A stretch of DNA of 64,000 nt from Escherichia coli (GTDB lineage Bacteria > Pseudomonadota > Gammaproteobacteria > Enterobacterales > Enterobacteriaceae). The notes under the pieces are model-generated. The model worked only from the letters and a program-made list of their open reading frames with translations. It had not been told where the DNA came from and did not search any database. The translations under genes and the position numbers were made by a program. Where the stretch lies: the NCBI RefSeq assembly GCF_013122565.1, contig NZ_CP053258.1; one strand, given 5' to 3'. Shown piece after piece: positions 8,000 to 17,545 of the stretch; the stretch's first letter is position 1, and each line of letters starts with the position of its first letter.

Positions 8000-8526
8000 C
8001 AGATAAGCTCCACTGTGCAGTGCGGCGCATCCTGTACCCGGCAGATGGCCCAGCGGGCGTCACGCCACAAATCACCGCTGGCTTCTGCCAGTTCCTCGCC
8101 CCGCTTCACACCGGATGCCGTGGCGTCATAGTCCTGGTAACGTTCGTTGAGCATGGCGCGAGCCCAGCAGTAAACCGCGTTGAAATAGTGCTGAATTCGC
8201 TCGCTTTTCCCGTCCAGCTGTTCCGCCGGAACCTCTGCCAGCGAGGCATATCCCAGCATCTGCTGGCGTCTGCGAAACTCATACAGCTCTGCGTTGACCT
8301 CCGAAATTGCCGACAGCGCAACCTGCTTTAAACGCGGCTGCGTCACCGTGCCGTCAGTGCGCATCACACTGCGAAACTCCGACAGGTCCACATCAGGCCA
8401 GAACGGCGTATTTCTGATGATTTCCGCCTGTTCCGGTGCCTGTTCTGGCGCAACAAACTTCATGCTGCTTTCTCCTGAAATAGAGGGCGGTGGACGGGGT
8501 TTTGATGTGGCAGTGCCTTTCGCCAC
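7999..8526 (-). CDS. Capsid completion protein (P2 gpL-like)
   Basis: 175 aa; C-terminal ...DLWRDARWAICRVQDAPHCTVELI resembles gpL. Confidence 0.8.
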   Translation of the reverse strand: MAKGTATSKPRPPPSISGESSMKFVAPEQAPEQAEIIRNTPFWPDVDLSEFRSVMRTDGTVTQPRLKQVALSAISEVNAELYEFRRRQQMLGYASLAEVPAEQLDGKSERIQHYFNAVYCWARAMLNERYQDYDATASGVKRGEELAEASGDLWRDARWAICRVQDAPHCTVELI

Positions 8527-8558
8527 CCCGTGCCGCCCGTGCGCGGGGGCACGTTCTG

Positions 8559-9209
8559 TCAGCGGCTGTCATTGCGCAGTCTGCGCTCCAGCTGCTGTTT
8601 GTCTTTTTTCACGCCACAGCGGGGATCGAGCTGTAACGCATGGTTGAGATGATTAAGGGCGGAAGCCGGATTGCTTTCACTCAGGACAGCGCCAATCGCT
8701 TTATGCAGACGCGCCCGTGACTGGTCCGGCATATCCAGACCGTCTGTCAGCTCCAGCGTCTGCAGCAACAGATCGGCATCAAAGCCGGTGGCGGCAAGCA
8801 TTGCGCTCTGCGCGGCGTCTGCCATTTCCTCTGCCAGCACGGTCTGCACGTTGCGGTTACCCAGCGGCATCACCCAGCCATGACGCAGGGCATGACGCCC
8901 GATCTCCAGCGCCCCGGCATAATCTCCGGCATCAATACGCCACAGCATCACGTACATCAGCACGTCATCCTGTTGAGCGCCTCCGGCAGCCAGGACACCC
9001 TCTGCCCAGGCGGCGTACTTCGGCAGCAGCTCCACCTTGATTTCCGCTTTTTTGACCGTGGACTGAACGCCCTTGAGACGGCGGCGGTCTTCCGCCAGTT
9101 GCAGCAGCATCAGGTCATAGCCCGATGCGTGGCGAACACTGCCGCCCTCGCGGGCGGCCTGTTCAGCCTGAACGCGCAGGCGATGCTGCCGTGCGGGACT
9201 CAGGCTCAT
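8559..9209 (-). CDS. Terminase small (endonuclease) subunit (P2 gpM-like)
   Basis: 216 aa; synteny between N and L. Confidence 0.8.
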   Translation of the reverse strand: MSLSPARQHRLRVQAEQAAREGGSVRHASGYDLMLLQLAEDRRRLKGVQSTVKKAEIKVELLPKYAAWAEGVLAAGGAQQDDVLMYVMLWRIDAGDYAGALEIGRHALRHGWVMPLGNRNVQTVLAEEMADAAQSAMLAATGFDADLLLQTLELTDGLDMPDQSRARLHKAIGAVLSESNPASALNHLNHALQLDPRCGVKKDKQQLERRLRNDSR

Positions 9210-9212
9210 GGA

Positions 9213-10271
9213 TTACGCTCCGGTTTCGGCTGCGGCGGCGCTGAAATCACCAATCTGGATATTTTCCACCAGTGCGGCGCAGCGGTAGTCCTCAACCACA
9301 TAGGCTTCGTTAACGGATTCAAAGTTTTCAATCCGGTCACGTTTCGGGTTGTCGATAACTGAACGGCGGCGGGTGTCTTCCTGCCAGTAGATGGACAGGT
9401 TATCCAGACGGGTGATCAGCAGCGCATTCGGCGGGAAGAACGGCGCACGCACGGCCTGCAGGCCACCCATGCGTTTCTGACTGATGATCATATCGGCAGC
9501 CAGTTTTTCACTGTTTTCCTGCTCTTTGTTGACCAGCGGGAAATACTTGTCAGACAGCAGTTCACGACCGCAAATCACCACCAGATCGTCATCGTCCTGG
9601 TAGACCACGTCGATAAGCTCATTGACGGCATCCATCACCACGGCGTCCAGGTTGGCATATTCGCCACCTTTCCCGACTTTCACTGCGCCCGGTGTGGTTT
9701 CACCGCCCGTGGTGGTGCTGCCCATGACGTGATCCGGTGCATCCTCACGGATTTTCTGCAGCCAGCCTTTATTCACATCCTGCAGTAGCGGGTTTTCGCT
9801 ACGGTTGGAGGTTTTCGCACGCTTCACGCCGTTAAAGCCGATCATGATGCGGTCCAGTGCCTGACGTTTCACGATGGCGTCACGGATACGCACCTGAAAA
9901 TCCTGAAACTTCGCCCACAGGTCCAGCTTCGCGTAGGTCAGCACCGTGTCAAAGTTGGTCTGCTCGCATTTATATTCCACATCGACCATCAGCGTCGGAT
10001 CGACAGGTTCACGCTCTTTCGCGGTGGTATCAGTGGTTCCGGCAATGGTGCTGCCAACTCCCAGCCCCAGCAGCTGACCGGACTGCTCAGTCACTGGCGT
10101 GACGTTAATCAGCGTCAGGAAAGCGGCGGACTGCTGGATCTGGTCTTCCAGCGTCTGCTGCACAGACGGCTCCACGGTGAATTTGCTGGACAGTTCTTCA
10201 ACTGCCACACCGTTCAGACGCGCCAGCTGCTGCAGGTAAGCGTTAAAAGCAAAGCGGGTATTCTTCTTCAT
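9213..10271 (-). CDS. Major capsid protein (P2 gpN-like)
   Basis: 352 aa; synteny O-N-M. Confidence 0.9.
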   Translation of the reverse strand: MKKNTRFAFNAYLQQLARLNGVAVEELSSKFTVEPSVQQTLEDQIQQSAAFLTLINVTPVTEQSGQLLGLGVGSTIAGTTDTTAKEREPVDPTLMVDVEYKCEQTNFDTVLTYAKLDLWAKFQDFQVRIRDAIVKRQALDRIMIGFNGVKRAKTSNRSENPLLQDVNKGWLQKIREDAPDHVMGSTTTGGETTPGAVKVGKGGEYANLDAVVMDAVNELIDVVYQDDDDLVVICGRELLSDKYFPLVNKEQENSEKLAADMIISQKRMGGLQAVRAPFFPPNALLITRLDNLSIYWQEDTRRRSVIDNPKRDRIENFESVNEAYVVEDYRCAALVENIQIGDFSAAAAETGA

Positions 10272-10287
10272 CGGGTTTTGTGCTCCA

Positions 10288-11121
10288 TCAGCAATTGGTC
10301 AGAGTGTCAGCGGGGGCGTTACCGCCTGTTGCACGCTGGCGGTAGTCCTGGCGGCTGTCTTCATGACTTAGCTTGTCCACCAGTTCGTTAAAGGCGGTCA
10401 GCTGTGCCTGCAGGGCAGTCTCCAGCTCAGACAGGCGTTCTTCCTGCTCAGACAGGGATTTTTCGGTGCGTGCGCTCAGGTTCTGCTGCTCAGTGGCGAC
10501 CAGCTCCACGGCCTTATGCACATCAGAGAACCGGGCGTCATCGGACTGCTCTTTTTTGGTAAACAGCGCCGTGACGCGGGCAAACAGGGACGGTTTGTCG
10601 TCTTGGATTTCTTCCAGTTCGATCACCGTTTCCTCTGCAGCGGTAAAGAGATTGGCAGGATTCTGCTTGCGGTTTGCCAGCGGGTTATGGGCTGCACTGG
10701 CGCTGAATGTCAGCATTTCCGTACCCAGACTGGCAGGGTCATCAGTGGCAGCCAGGCCGACCAGGTAGGCTTTGCCCGTATCAGCGAACTTCGGGCTGAC
10801 TTCCATAGAGGTGAATAATTTCTGGCCTTTTTTCACCAGTTCCACCAGGGACTCCGTTGGCTCAACGTCGGCATACAGCGCCATCTTGCCTGCCAGCGGA
10901 CCTTCCGTGATTTCTTCAGCAAACAGCGCCGTCACCTTGCCGTAGCGGTTAAAGGTGCTGTCCGGCAGATAAGACTTGATGTGCTCAAGGTTAATCAGCG
11001 CGGTATACACCGCCGGGTTGTAGCTGGCTGCCATCTGTTCCAGCCATTCACGCTGGATTTCGCGTCCGTCGGTGGTGGCACCTTCCACCCCGATGCGAAA
11101 ACGCTTTGCTTTCACTGTCAT
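10288..11121 (-). CDS. Capsid scaffolding protein (P2 gpO-like)
   Basis: 277 aa; acidic/coiled-coil C-terminal part; divergent from P. Confidence 0.85.
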   Translation of the reverse strand: MTVKAKRFRIGVEGATTDGREIQREWLEQMAASYNPAVYTALINLEHIKSYLPDSTFNRYGKVTALFAEEITEGPLAGKMALYADVEPTESLVELVKKGQKLFTSMEVSPKFADTGKAYLVGLAATDDPASLGTEMLTFSASAAHNPLANRKQNPANLFTAAEETVIELEEIQDDKPSLFARVTALFTKKEQSDDARFSDVHKAVELVATEQQNLSARTEKSLSEQEERLSELETALQAQLTAFNELVDKLSHEDSRQDYRQRATGGNAPADTLTNC

Positions 11122-11199
11122 GAGCCGTGCTCCGTTAGAAAAAACTTACTGGAGCCTTATGGTTGCGGTGATGGGGGCAGTGAAACAATGCGCGGTATT

Positions 11200-11217
11200 T
11201 GTACCGACAACCACACA
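11200..11217. promoter_or_regulatory. TGT-N12-ACA dyad in the divergent O/P late promoter region
   Basis: tgtaccgacaaccacaca, about 80 bp upstream of the O start codon. Confidence 0.35.
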
Positions 11218-11263
11218 AACCGCAGGCGGGGAAAGCCTTCATTCAAGGCTGTAGGTTTGTGCC

Positions 11264-13030
11264 ATGAACACCACACTGACACCCGCAGATCTCGATCCCC
11301 GTCGGCAGGCCATGCTGCTGTACTTTCAGGGATACCGCGTAGCCCGCATTGCTGAAATGCTGGGCGAGAAAGTTGCAACCGTTCACAGCTGGAAAAAACG
11401 CGACAAGTGGGGTGACTATGGGCCGCTGGATCAGATGCAGCTCACCACCGCCGCACGCTACTGCCAGCTCATCATGAAGGAGCACAAAGAAGGGAAAGAT
11501 TTCAAAGAGATTGACCTGCTGGCGCGCCAGTCTGAGCGCCACGCGCGGATCGGCAAGTTTAACAATGGCGGCAACGAATCCGACTTAAACCCTAACGTCG
11601 CCAACCGCAACAAAGGCCCACGCCGTCAGCCGGAAAAGAATGTTTTCACCGATGAGCAGATTGAGAAGCTGGAAGAAATCTTCCATTCCTCCATGTTCAA
11701 CTACCAGCGCCACTGGTGGGAAGCCGGAAAAACCAACCGCATCCGCAACCTGCTGAAGTCACGCCAGATCGGCGCGACCTTTTACTTTGCCCGTGAAGCC
11801 CTGATTGACGCCCTGCTGACCGGACGTAACCAGATTTTCCTTTCCGCCAGCAAGGCACAGGCCCACGTCTTTAAGCAGTACATCATCGACTTCGCCAAAG
11901 AAGTGGAGGTGGAGTTGAAAGGCGATCCGATGGTGCTTCCTAACGGGGCCACGCTTTACTTCCTCGGCACCAATGCCCGCACGGCCCAGAGTTATCACGG
12001 CAACCTGTATCTGGATGAATATTTCTGGATACCGAAATTCCAGGAGCTGCGCAAAGTGGCTTCCGGTATGGCTATTCACAAGAAATGGCGACAAACCTAT
12101 TTTTCCACGCCATCCAGCCTGACACACAGTGCTTATCCGTTCTGGTCCGGTGCGCTATTCAACCGTGGGCGCAACAAAGCCGATAAGGTGGACATCGACC
12201 TGTCCCACAGCAATCTGGCCCCCGGCCTGCTGTGCGCAGACGGGCAATACCGCCAGATTGTCACCGTGGAAGATGCAGTGCGCGGCGGATGTAACCTGTT
12301 CGACCTCGATCAGTTACGCATGGAGTACAGCCCGGACGAATACCAGAACCTGCTGATGTGCGAGTTTGTGGACGATCTCGCGTCTGTGTTCCCACTCAGC
12401 GAGCTGCAGGCGTGCATGGTGGACAGCTGGGAAGTCTGGACCGACTTTCATGCACTGGCACTGCGCCCATTTGGCTGGCGCGAAGTGTGGATCGGTTATG
12501 ACCCGGCGAAAGGTACGCAGAACGGCGACAGTGCCGGATGCGTGGTGGTGGCACCGCCAGCCGTGCCGGGCGGCAAGTTCCGCATTCTTGAGCGTTACCA
12601 GTGGCGCGGGATGGACTTTCGCGCCCAGGCTGACGCCATCAAAAAACTGACCGAACAGTACAACGTGACCTATATCGGCATCGACTCAACCGGCGTTGGT
12701 CACGGGGTTTATGAGAACGTGAAAGCGTTCTTTCCTGCCGTCCGGGAGTTTGTCTACAACCCCAACGTTAAAAACGCCCTGGTACTCAAGGCCTACGACA
12801 TTATCAGCCACCGCCGTCTGGAGTTTGACGCCGGGCACACCGACATTGCGCAGTCATTCATGGCAATCCGTCGCGCCACCACCGCCAGTGGCAACCGCCC
12901 GACCTATGAAGCCAGCCGCAGCGAAGAAGCCAGCCACGCCGATCTGGCCTGGGCAACGATGCACGCACTGTTTAACGAACCGCTGCAGGGCGAATCCGCC
13001 AATACCAGCAATATTGTGGAGATTTTTTGA
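11264..13030 (+). CDS. Terminase large (ATPase) subunit (P2 gpP-like)
   Basis: 588 aa; divergent from O as in P2. Confidence 0.9.
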   Translation: MNTTLTPADLDPRRQAMLLYFQGYRVARIAEMLGEKVATVHSWKKRDKWGDYGPLDQMQLTTAARYCQLIMKEHKEGKDFKEIDLLARQSERHARIGKFNNGGNESDLNPNVANRNKGPRRQPEKNVFTDEQIEKLEEIFHSSMFNYQRHWWEAGKTNRIRNLLKSRQIGATFYFAREALIDALLTGRNQIFLSASKAQAHVFKQYIIDFAKEVEVELKGDPMVLPNGATLYFLGTNARTAQSYHGNLYLDEYFWIPKFQELRKVASGMAIHKKWRQTYFSTPSSLTHSAYPFWSGALFNRGRNKADKVDIDLSHSNLAPGLLCADGQYRQIVTVEDAVRGGCNLFDLDQLRMEYSPDEYQNLLMCEFVDDLASVFPLSELQACMVDSWEVWTDFHALALRPFGWREVWIGYDPAKGTQNGDSAGCVVVAPPAVPGGKFRILERYQWRGMDFRAQADAIKKLTEQYNVTYIGIDSTGVGHGVYENVKAFFPAVREFVYNPNVKNALVLKAYDIISHRRLEFDAGHTDIAQSFMAIRRATTASGNRPTYEASRSEEASHADLAWATMHALFNEPLQGESANTSNIVEIF

Positions 13031-14064
13031 TGGGAAAGAGTAAGAAGAACCGAGCTGCGGCGACGAAACAGATCCAGCTTAAAAGTCAAACTACAGCCGA
13101 AGCATTCAGCTTCGGCGATCCCGTTCCTGTTCTGGACCGCCGAGAATTACTGGACTATGTGGAATGCGTACAGATGGACCGTTGGTATGAGCCGCCCGTC
13201 AGCTTTGACGGACTGGCGCGCACCTTCCGCGCTGCAGTGCATCACAGTTCCCCGATTGCAGTAAAGTGCAACATTCTGACCAGTACCTACATCCCTCACC
13301 CGCTGCTCAGCCAGCAGGCTTTTTCACGTTTTGTGCAGGACTATCTGGTATTTGGTAACGCCTACCTGGAGAAACGCACGAACCGATTCGGTGAAGTTAT
13401 CGCCCTTGAGCCTGTGCTGGCAAAATACACCCGACGCGGGTTAGACCTGGATACCTACTGGTTTGTGCAATACGGCATGACTACACAGCCGTATCAGTTC
13501 ACGAAAGGCAGCATTTTTCACCTGATGGAACCGGATATCAACCAAGAGATCTACGGCCTGCCCGGTTATCTTTCTGCCATTCCGTCAGCCCTGCTCAACG
13601 AGTCCGCCACGCTGTTCCGCCGCAAGTATTACATTAACGGCAGCCACGCAGGCTTCATCATGTACATGACCGACGCCGCGCAGAACCAGGAGGATGTAAA
13701 CAACCTCCGTAACGCGATGAAAAGCGCCAAAGGACCAGGCAACTTCCGTAACCTGTTTATGTACTCGCCGAACGGCAAAAAGGACGGGCTTCAGATCATC
13801 CCATTGTCTGAAGTCGCGGCAAAGGATGAGTTTCTGAATATCAAAAATGTTAGTCGCGATGACATGATGGCGGCACACCGCGTGCCGCCGCAAATGATGG
13901 GGATTATGCCTAATAATGTTGGGGGGTTTGGGGATGTGGAGAAAGCGAGTATGGTATTTGTGAGGAATGAATTAATTCCTCTACAAAGGCGTTTAGAAGA
14001 GCTTAATTTGTGGCTAGAAGAGGAAGCCATAAAATTCAAACCATACAATTTATCAGATAATTAG
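13027..14064 (+). CDS. Portal protein (P2 gpQ-like)
   Basis: 345 aa; ATGA overlap with P. Confidence 0.9.
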   Translation: MMGKSKKNRAAATKQIQLKSQTTAEAFSFGDPVPVLDRRELLDYVECVQMDRWYEPPVSFDGLARTFRAAVHHSSPIAVKCNILTSTYIPHPLLSQQAFSRFVQDYLVFGNAYLEKRTNRFGEVIALEPVLAKYTRRGLDLDTYWFVQYGMTTQPYQFTKGSIFHLMEPDINQEIYGLPGYLSAIPSALLNESATLFRRKYYINGSHAGFIMYMTDAAQNQEDVNNLRNAMKSAKGPGNFRNLFMYSPNGKKDGLQIIPLSEVAAKDEFLNIKNVSRDDMMAAHRVPPQMMGIMPNNVGGFGDVEKASMVFVRNELIPLQRRLEELNLWLEEEAIKFKPYNLSDN

Positions 14065-14070
14065 AATCAT

Positions 14071-14108
14071 GGCCCTAGTATATTATCATTTTCACTAGGG
14101 CTTTCTTT
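14071..14108. terminator. Hairpin between convergent portal and RT genes (bidirectional terminator candidate)
   Basis: ggccctagt ... actaggg stem followed by ctttctttc. Confidence 0.4.
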
Positions 14109-15869
14109 CTATATGCTGCATATTTTTTTATAATGTTCAAAAACATCTTTAAAAGTGTTGAGTATTATTTCAAAACCACTAAAATCAACTTTTCGTTTTT
14201 TATCCCTAACTACTTTCACAGAGAAAACATGTTTCCCATATTCAGTTTTTGAGTCCCCATCGTTCTTTTTGTTAAATTTTTTACCACCAAGAATAGTTGA
14301 TAATACATCATGAGTAAAAAGATCTTCCATCGCAGTCTGCTCACCAGTAGCACTTAAAGGCGTTAGAATGATATAGAGATTTTTAAAGACATGGATAAAT
14401 CTCATTTTTCTCATTTTATTGGTATCATCGGGGCAGCTCTTAACATTATTTTTAAGGAAATTCAAAATCTCATTAGAACCAGAATCGTTGTCCAATACCA
14501 TGATAACCGGGTGCTTAGGAATGCTTCCATAGTAGCTTGAATATTCATCCATATATCTTTCGATGAATTTTTTAAGATCTGCGCTACCTCCAGACATATT
14601 AATAAAATAACTTGACTTCTCATCAGATTTAAAAATATTCAAGTTGATATCATTTCCTTTACCGTCTGTGCTTTTCTTGAGCAACTCAGGAAATTTGGCA
14701 GAAAGTGAACGAATAGCTGATTTTAAATATACTCGATCAGTTTTGCCTTCTGTCAAGATTGTCGGGGAAGCATGTCCATGAAAAAACTTGTAGTAAATAA
14801 ATTTACTATATGCCTTCTCTCGTACATTCAGCTTTAACCTGTAGTTTTTTAATGTAATATGAATAGGCGCATATTTTTCAGGCTGTTTACTTATTTTATC
14901 TTGTATGTTATTAAATTTATCAATCTGGTCAATAAACCCAAATCTTCCCTCTAGTTTTTCGATACTCCCCACGACTAGCTTACCATCTTCATCAGGTAGC
15001 TTATATTCTCCCTTACTATAAAGTGAATGAGCTAATGCTCTTGTTTTATTCGAATATTTCCTATCAACGTTAACAAATCTATTTATAGTAAGTCCCGTAA
15101 CTTCTTGTCTCGTGGATTTGTACGAGATCCTTGTTTTAGCATCATTAATATCAAAACCAGCACGTTTTATTTCACTGACAAGAATGCTCCCCAAGACAAC
15201 CCCCTCAGGAAGAGATATTGCCAAATCGGTAGGAAATTCTTTTTTATTAGTTGAAAACGTGATGTCATCGGCATAACGACTATATGAACAACCTAAACTC
15301 TTTGCTAATTTAGCTAATCTAATATCCATAATGCTACAAATTAAGTTTGTTATCACTGGAGAACACGGGCTACCCTGAGGCAAACTTCCCTTATAGCATG
15401 CGGCTTTAGCTAAAGTAGTGGCGACAATCGGATTTAATAAGAAATCCCTATTGGATAGGAAGTACCCTCTCACTCGCCCAAAATTAAAGCTTTTGAAAAA
15501 ATCCTTAAGATCAATATTGAGTATTATATTTTTCCCACGATGTCTGAAAGCATTGGAAATTATTGACTTATTTCTTTCAAAACCAAAGGAGTAATTGTTT
15601 TTAATTTTTTTAATTTTGAAAGTTTCATCTCTACACTCCATTAAAAGATCGGCTATTCGTCTTTGGAGATCTTTCAAACTATCTTCTGGCGCAGAAATCA
15701 ATCTGACTCCCTTACCTTTTTTTGGAATAGAGAAATCTTTATACTGATTATCAGTACCAATTCTGTAAAGAATATTCGTTAAAAACACCAACTTAACATC
15801 TAGCAATTTTGCCAAGTCAGCACGAGATGCTGCGACTTTCAAAAGTAGTAATTTAGAAGTTGCGACCAT
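14109..15869 (-). CDS. ret: Retron reverse transcriptase with C-terminal TOPRIM domain (RT-TOPRIM fusion; consistent with retron-Ec67 / Retron-Eco2 RT)
   Basis: 586 aa; RT motifs [23 protein letters not shown] (res 199-202); TOPRIM-like TEGKTD (373-378) and VLDNDSG (458-464); strongly AT-rich. Confidence 0.9.
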   Translation of the reverse strand: MVATSKLLLLKVAASRADLAKLLDVKLVFLTNILYRIGTDNQYKDFSIPKKGKGVRLISAPEDSLKDLQRRIADLLMECRDETFKIKKIKNNYSFGFERNKSIISNAFRHRGKNIILNIDLKDFFKSFNFGRVRGYFLSNRDFLLNPIVATTLAKAACYKGSLPQGSPCSPVITNLICSIMDIRLAKLAKSLGCSYSRYADDITFSTNKKEFPTDLAISLPEGVVLGSILVSEIKRAGFDINDAKTRISYKSTRQEVTGLTINRFVNVDRKYSNKTRALAHSLYSKGEYKLPDEDGKLVVGSIEKLEGRFGFIDQIDKFNNIQDKISKQPEKYAPIHITLKNYRLKLNVREKAYSKFIYYKFFHGHASPTILTEGKTDRVYLKSAIRSLSAKFPELLKKSTDGKGNDINLNIFKSDEKSSYFINMSGGSADLKKFIERYMDEYSSYYGSIPKHPVIMVLDNDSGSNEILNFLKNNVKSCPDDTNKMRKMRFIHVFKNLYIILTPLSATGEQTAMEDLFTHDVLSTILGGKKFNKKNDGDSKTEYGKHVFSVKVVRDKKRKVDFSGFEIILNTFKDVFEHYKKICSI

Positions 15870-15904
15870 AATTATATTTTATCGTAGAAGTTAGTAAGAG
15901 AGGA

Positions 15905-16040
15905 AGAACGCATGTAGGCACTCCTTCGCACAGCACAACGGCCCTATAGCGACGAAACAAGGATGTCAGGGATGCGATTCCACCTGCCATTAAAATCACT
16001 GGTTGTGATACACAACCAACAAATCTGCCTACATGCGCAT
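15905..16040 (-). ncRNA. msr-msd: Retron msr-msd-like non-coding RNA locus flanked by a1/a2 inverted repeats
   Basis: 12-bp inverted repeat cgcatgtaggca at 15909-15920 and 16026-16037 with about 105 bp between them; internal hairpin ggttgtg-tat-cacaacc; a2 lies 40 nt upstream of the RT start. Confidence 0.5.
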
Positions 16041-16108
16041 AAATGAAACTACCATTTCAACGTCTTCATTTCCAGTAATATATTTCAAATATCTACACTG
16101 AGCGCGCG

Positions 16109-16127
16109 CTCGTATCCCCGCCACGCC
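16109..16127 (-). other. Candidate cos cohesive-end site
   Basis: Minus-strand GGCGTGGCGGGGATACGAG; first 13 nt match the 186/P2 cohesive end as I recall it (GGCGTGGCGGGGA...). Confidence 0.4.
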
Positions 16128-16171
16128 TGCCCGCTTTATGTAGTGGTTTTCATGCAGGTGCATGATCTACG

Positions 16172-16196
16172 CAAAAGCCCGCCAGTTCTGGCGGGC
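16172..16196 (-). terminator. Rho-independent terminator ending the A/tum early transcript
   Basis: Stem gcccgccag/tggcgggc with T-tract on the minus strand. Confidence 0.55.
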
Positions 16197-16469
16197 CTTA
16201 GCAAAAACGATCCTCAAACGATCATGCAATCTCATGCAGCATAGACATGCACAGACGAGTAAAGCGAATCGGACCTTACGCAAGGTGAACTCCTCAGCGG
16301 GCATAATCAGTATGTCGGAAGATCTCTAAAAATAAATAATTCGGTTAACAGGTATGCTTACAAAAGCATATATTTGATTAAAAATCATGTAAGGGGGAGG
16401 ATCTCAAACTGAATCGCCACGGGTTTTACAAATTTCGATAGTCTCTCTAACGTTTCGGCTGAGGTCAAA

Positions 16470-16895
16470 ATGAAAAGCTTTTACGTATTAATTTTAATTC
16501 TGGTTGCAAGCTTTGTTAGCGTCCCAGTTCAGGCGGTAACAGCTAAAAACTATGAGAAAGGAACTAAAGCTCAACAGAAATCAATATCTTACCTTTCATG
16601 TGCATTCTATGGCAGTAGCACACAATTAGATCCTAGCTACACGGAGCAAGTACCTACAGCCGATATCAAGATATTACAGAAAGCAGCTTACCACGCTTAC
16701 AACGATGCGCTCTCATACTTTGGCTATGAGGAACCAGATCACGAACAACGCATAATTGATTATGCTGAATTTGTGGCGTCGCAAGAAGCTGTGTTATGGG
16801 ATAAGCCGGGAATGAATGGAAAGCAGGTAACACTAATTGCTCGTTCTCTCTACAATGAGAGTAACTGTAACTTGTTACTGGACTCAATTAAGTAG
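16470..16895 (+). CDS. AT-rich cargo gene: small secreted protein of unknown function
   Basis: 141 aa; signal peptide MKSFYVLILILVASFVSVPVQA; GAGG RBS; low GC. Confidence 0.7.
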   Translation: MKSFYVLILILVASFVSVPVQAVTAKNYEKGTKAQQKSISYLSCAFYGSSTQLDPSYTEQVPTADIKILQKAAYHAYNDALSYFGYEEPDHEQRIIDYAEFVASQEAVLWDKPGMNGKQVTLIARSLYNESNCNLLLDSIK

Positions 16896-17054
16896 GAAAA
16901 AGATGGTATTTTGCCCGTAGTTTCAACCTTAATCTCCGAACCTGTCGCAGAACGGGCGTTCACTCATCAAATAAACGCCACACCTAACGCCTCACTGTAC
17001 TCGTTGTTCAACCTTGCTGACGCCAGAACCAAGTTCAGACGCCAGCAACTTTTC

Positions 17055-17288
17055 TTAATGCAGCCAGCTGTCGTCTTCCCACACCTTCTGCATAATCTTC
17101 ATCACTTGTTTTCTTTCTTCGTCCAGTTGCAGTCCGGTCAGTTCCACACCGTTAGAGCTACCTTTGCGGATGCGAATTACCGTTTTGGGATACAGGGGGC
17201 GCAGATTGCGGTAAAGCTCGGATTCAAGGGCGTCCAGGGTAGACTGGCTAATCTTCTGCTCTTTATCGATCATTATTTCAATGCGCAT
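17055..17288 (-). CDS. DinI-family protein (Tum antirepressor C-terminal-domain-like)
   Basis: Start trimmed to MRIEIMIDKEQ... (GAGGTG RBS); pattern MRIE...LDALESEL...WEDDSW resembles DinI. Confidence 0.7.
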   Translation of the reverse strand: MRIEIMIDKEQKISQSTLDALESELYRNLRPLYPKTVIRIRKGSSNGVELTGLQLDEERKQVMKIMQKVWEDDSWLH

Positions 17289-17298
17289 AAAGGTCACC

Positions 17299-17487
17299 TC
17301 AGCTGATGACATCCATTGAGCGGTTGTATTCGTGGGTTCTGATTTTTGCCATGAGTTCATCAGTCAATTCAGAAACCCACTGCAGAGCCAGCCCCTTCTC
17401 TTCATCACTACACTCACTAGCCGCTACAAGCTTAAGAAAAAAATCAATGCGCTGGAGCTTCAAAGACTCCAAAAAATAGTCCTGCAT
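17299..17487 (-). CDS. Small protein upstream of DinI-like ORF (possible N-terminal part of a Tum-like antirepressor)
   Basis: 62 aa; directly downstream of a LexA box; separated from the DinI ORF by a frame change. Confidence 0.5.
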   Translation of the reverse strand: MQDYFLESLKLQRIDFFLKLVAASECSDEEKGLALQWVSELTDELMAKIRTHEYNRSMDVIS

Positions 17488-17529
17488 CTTTCCTCCTATG
17501 ACACCAAAGCAATACTGTATATATAACCA

Positions 17530-17545
17530 CTGTTTATATTTACAG
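17530..17545. promoter_or_regulatory. LexA box (SOS operator)
   Basis: CTGTttatatttACAG fits CTGT-N8-ACAG with AT-rich spacer; a second half-site tactgtatatata lies just upstream. Confidence 0.6.

Noticed and set aside
15909-16037. 12-bp inverted repeat as terminal repeats of an IS/MITE
   Set aside because: No transposase or target-site duplication; spacing, internal hairpin and position just upstream of an RT fit retron a1/a2 repeats better.
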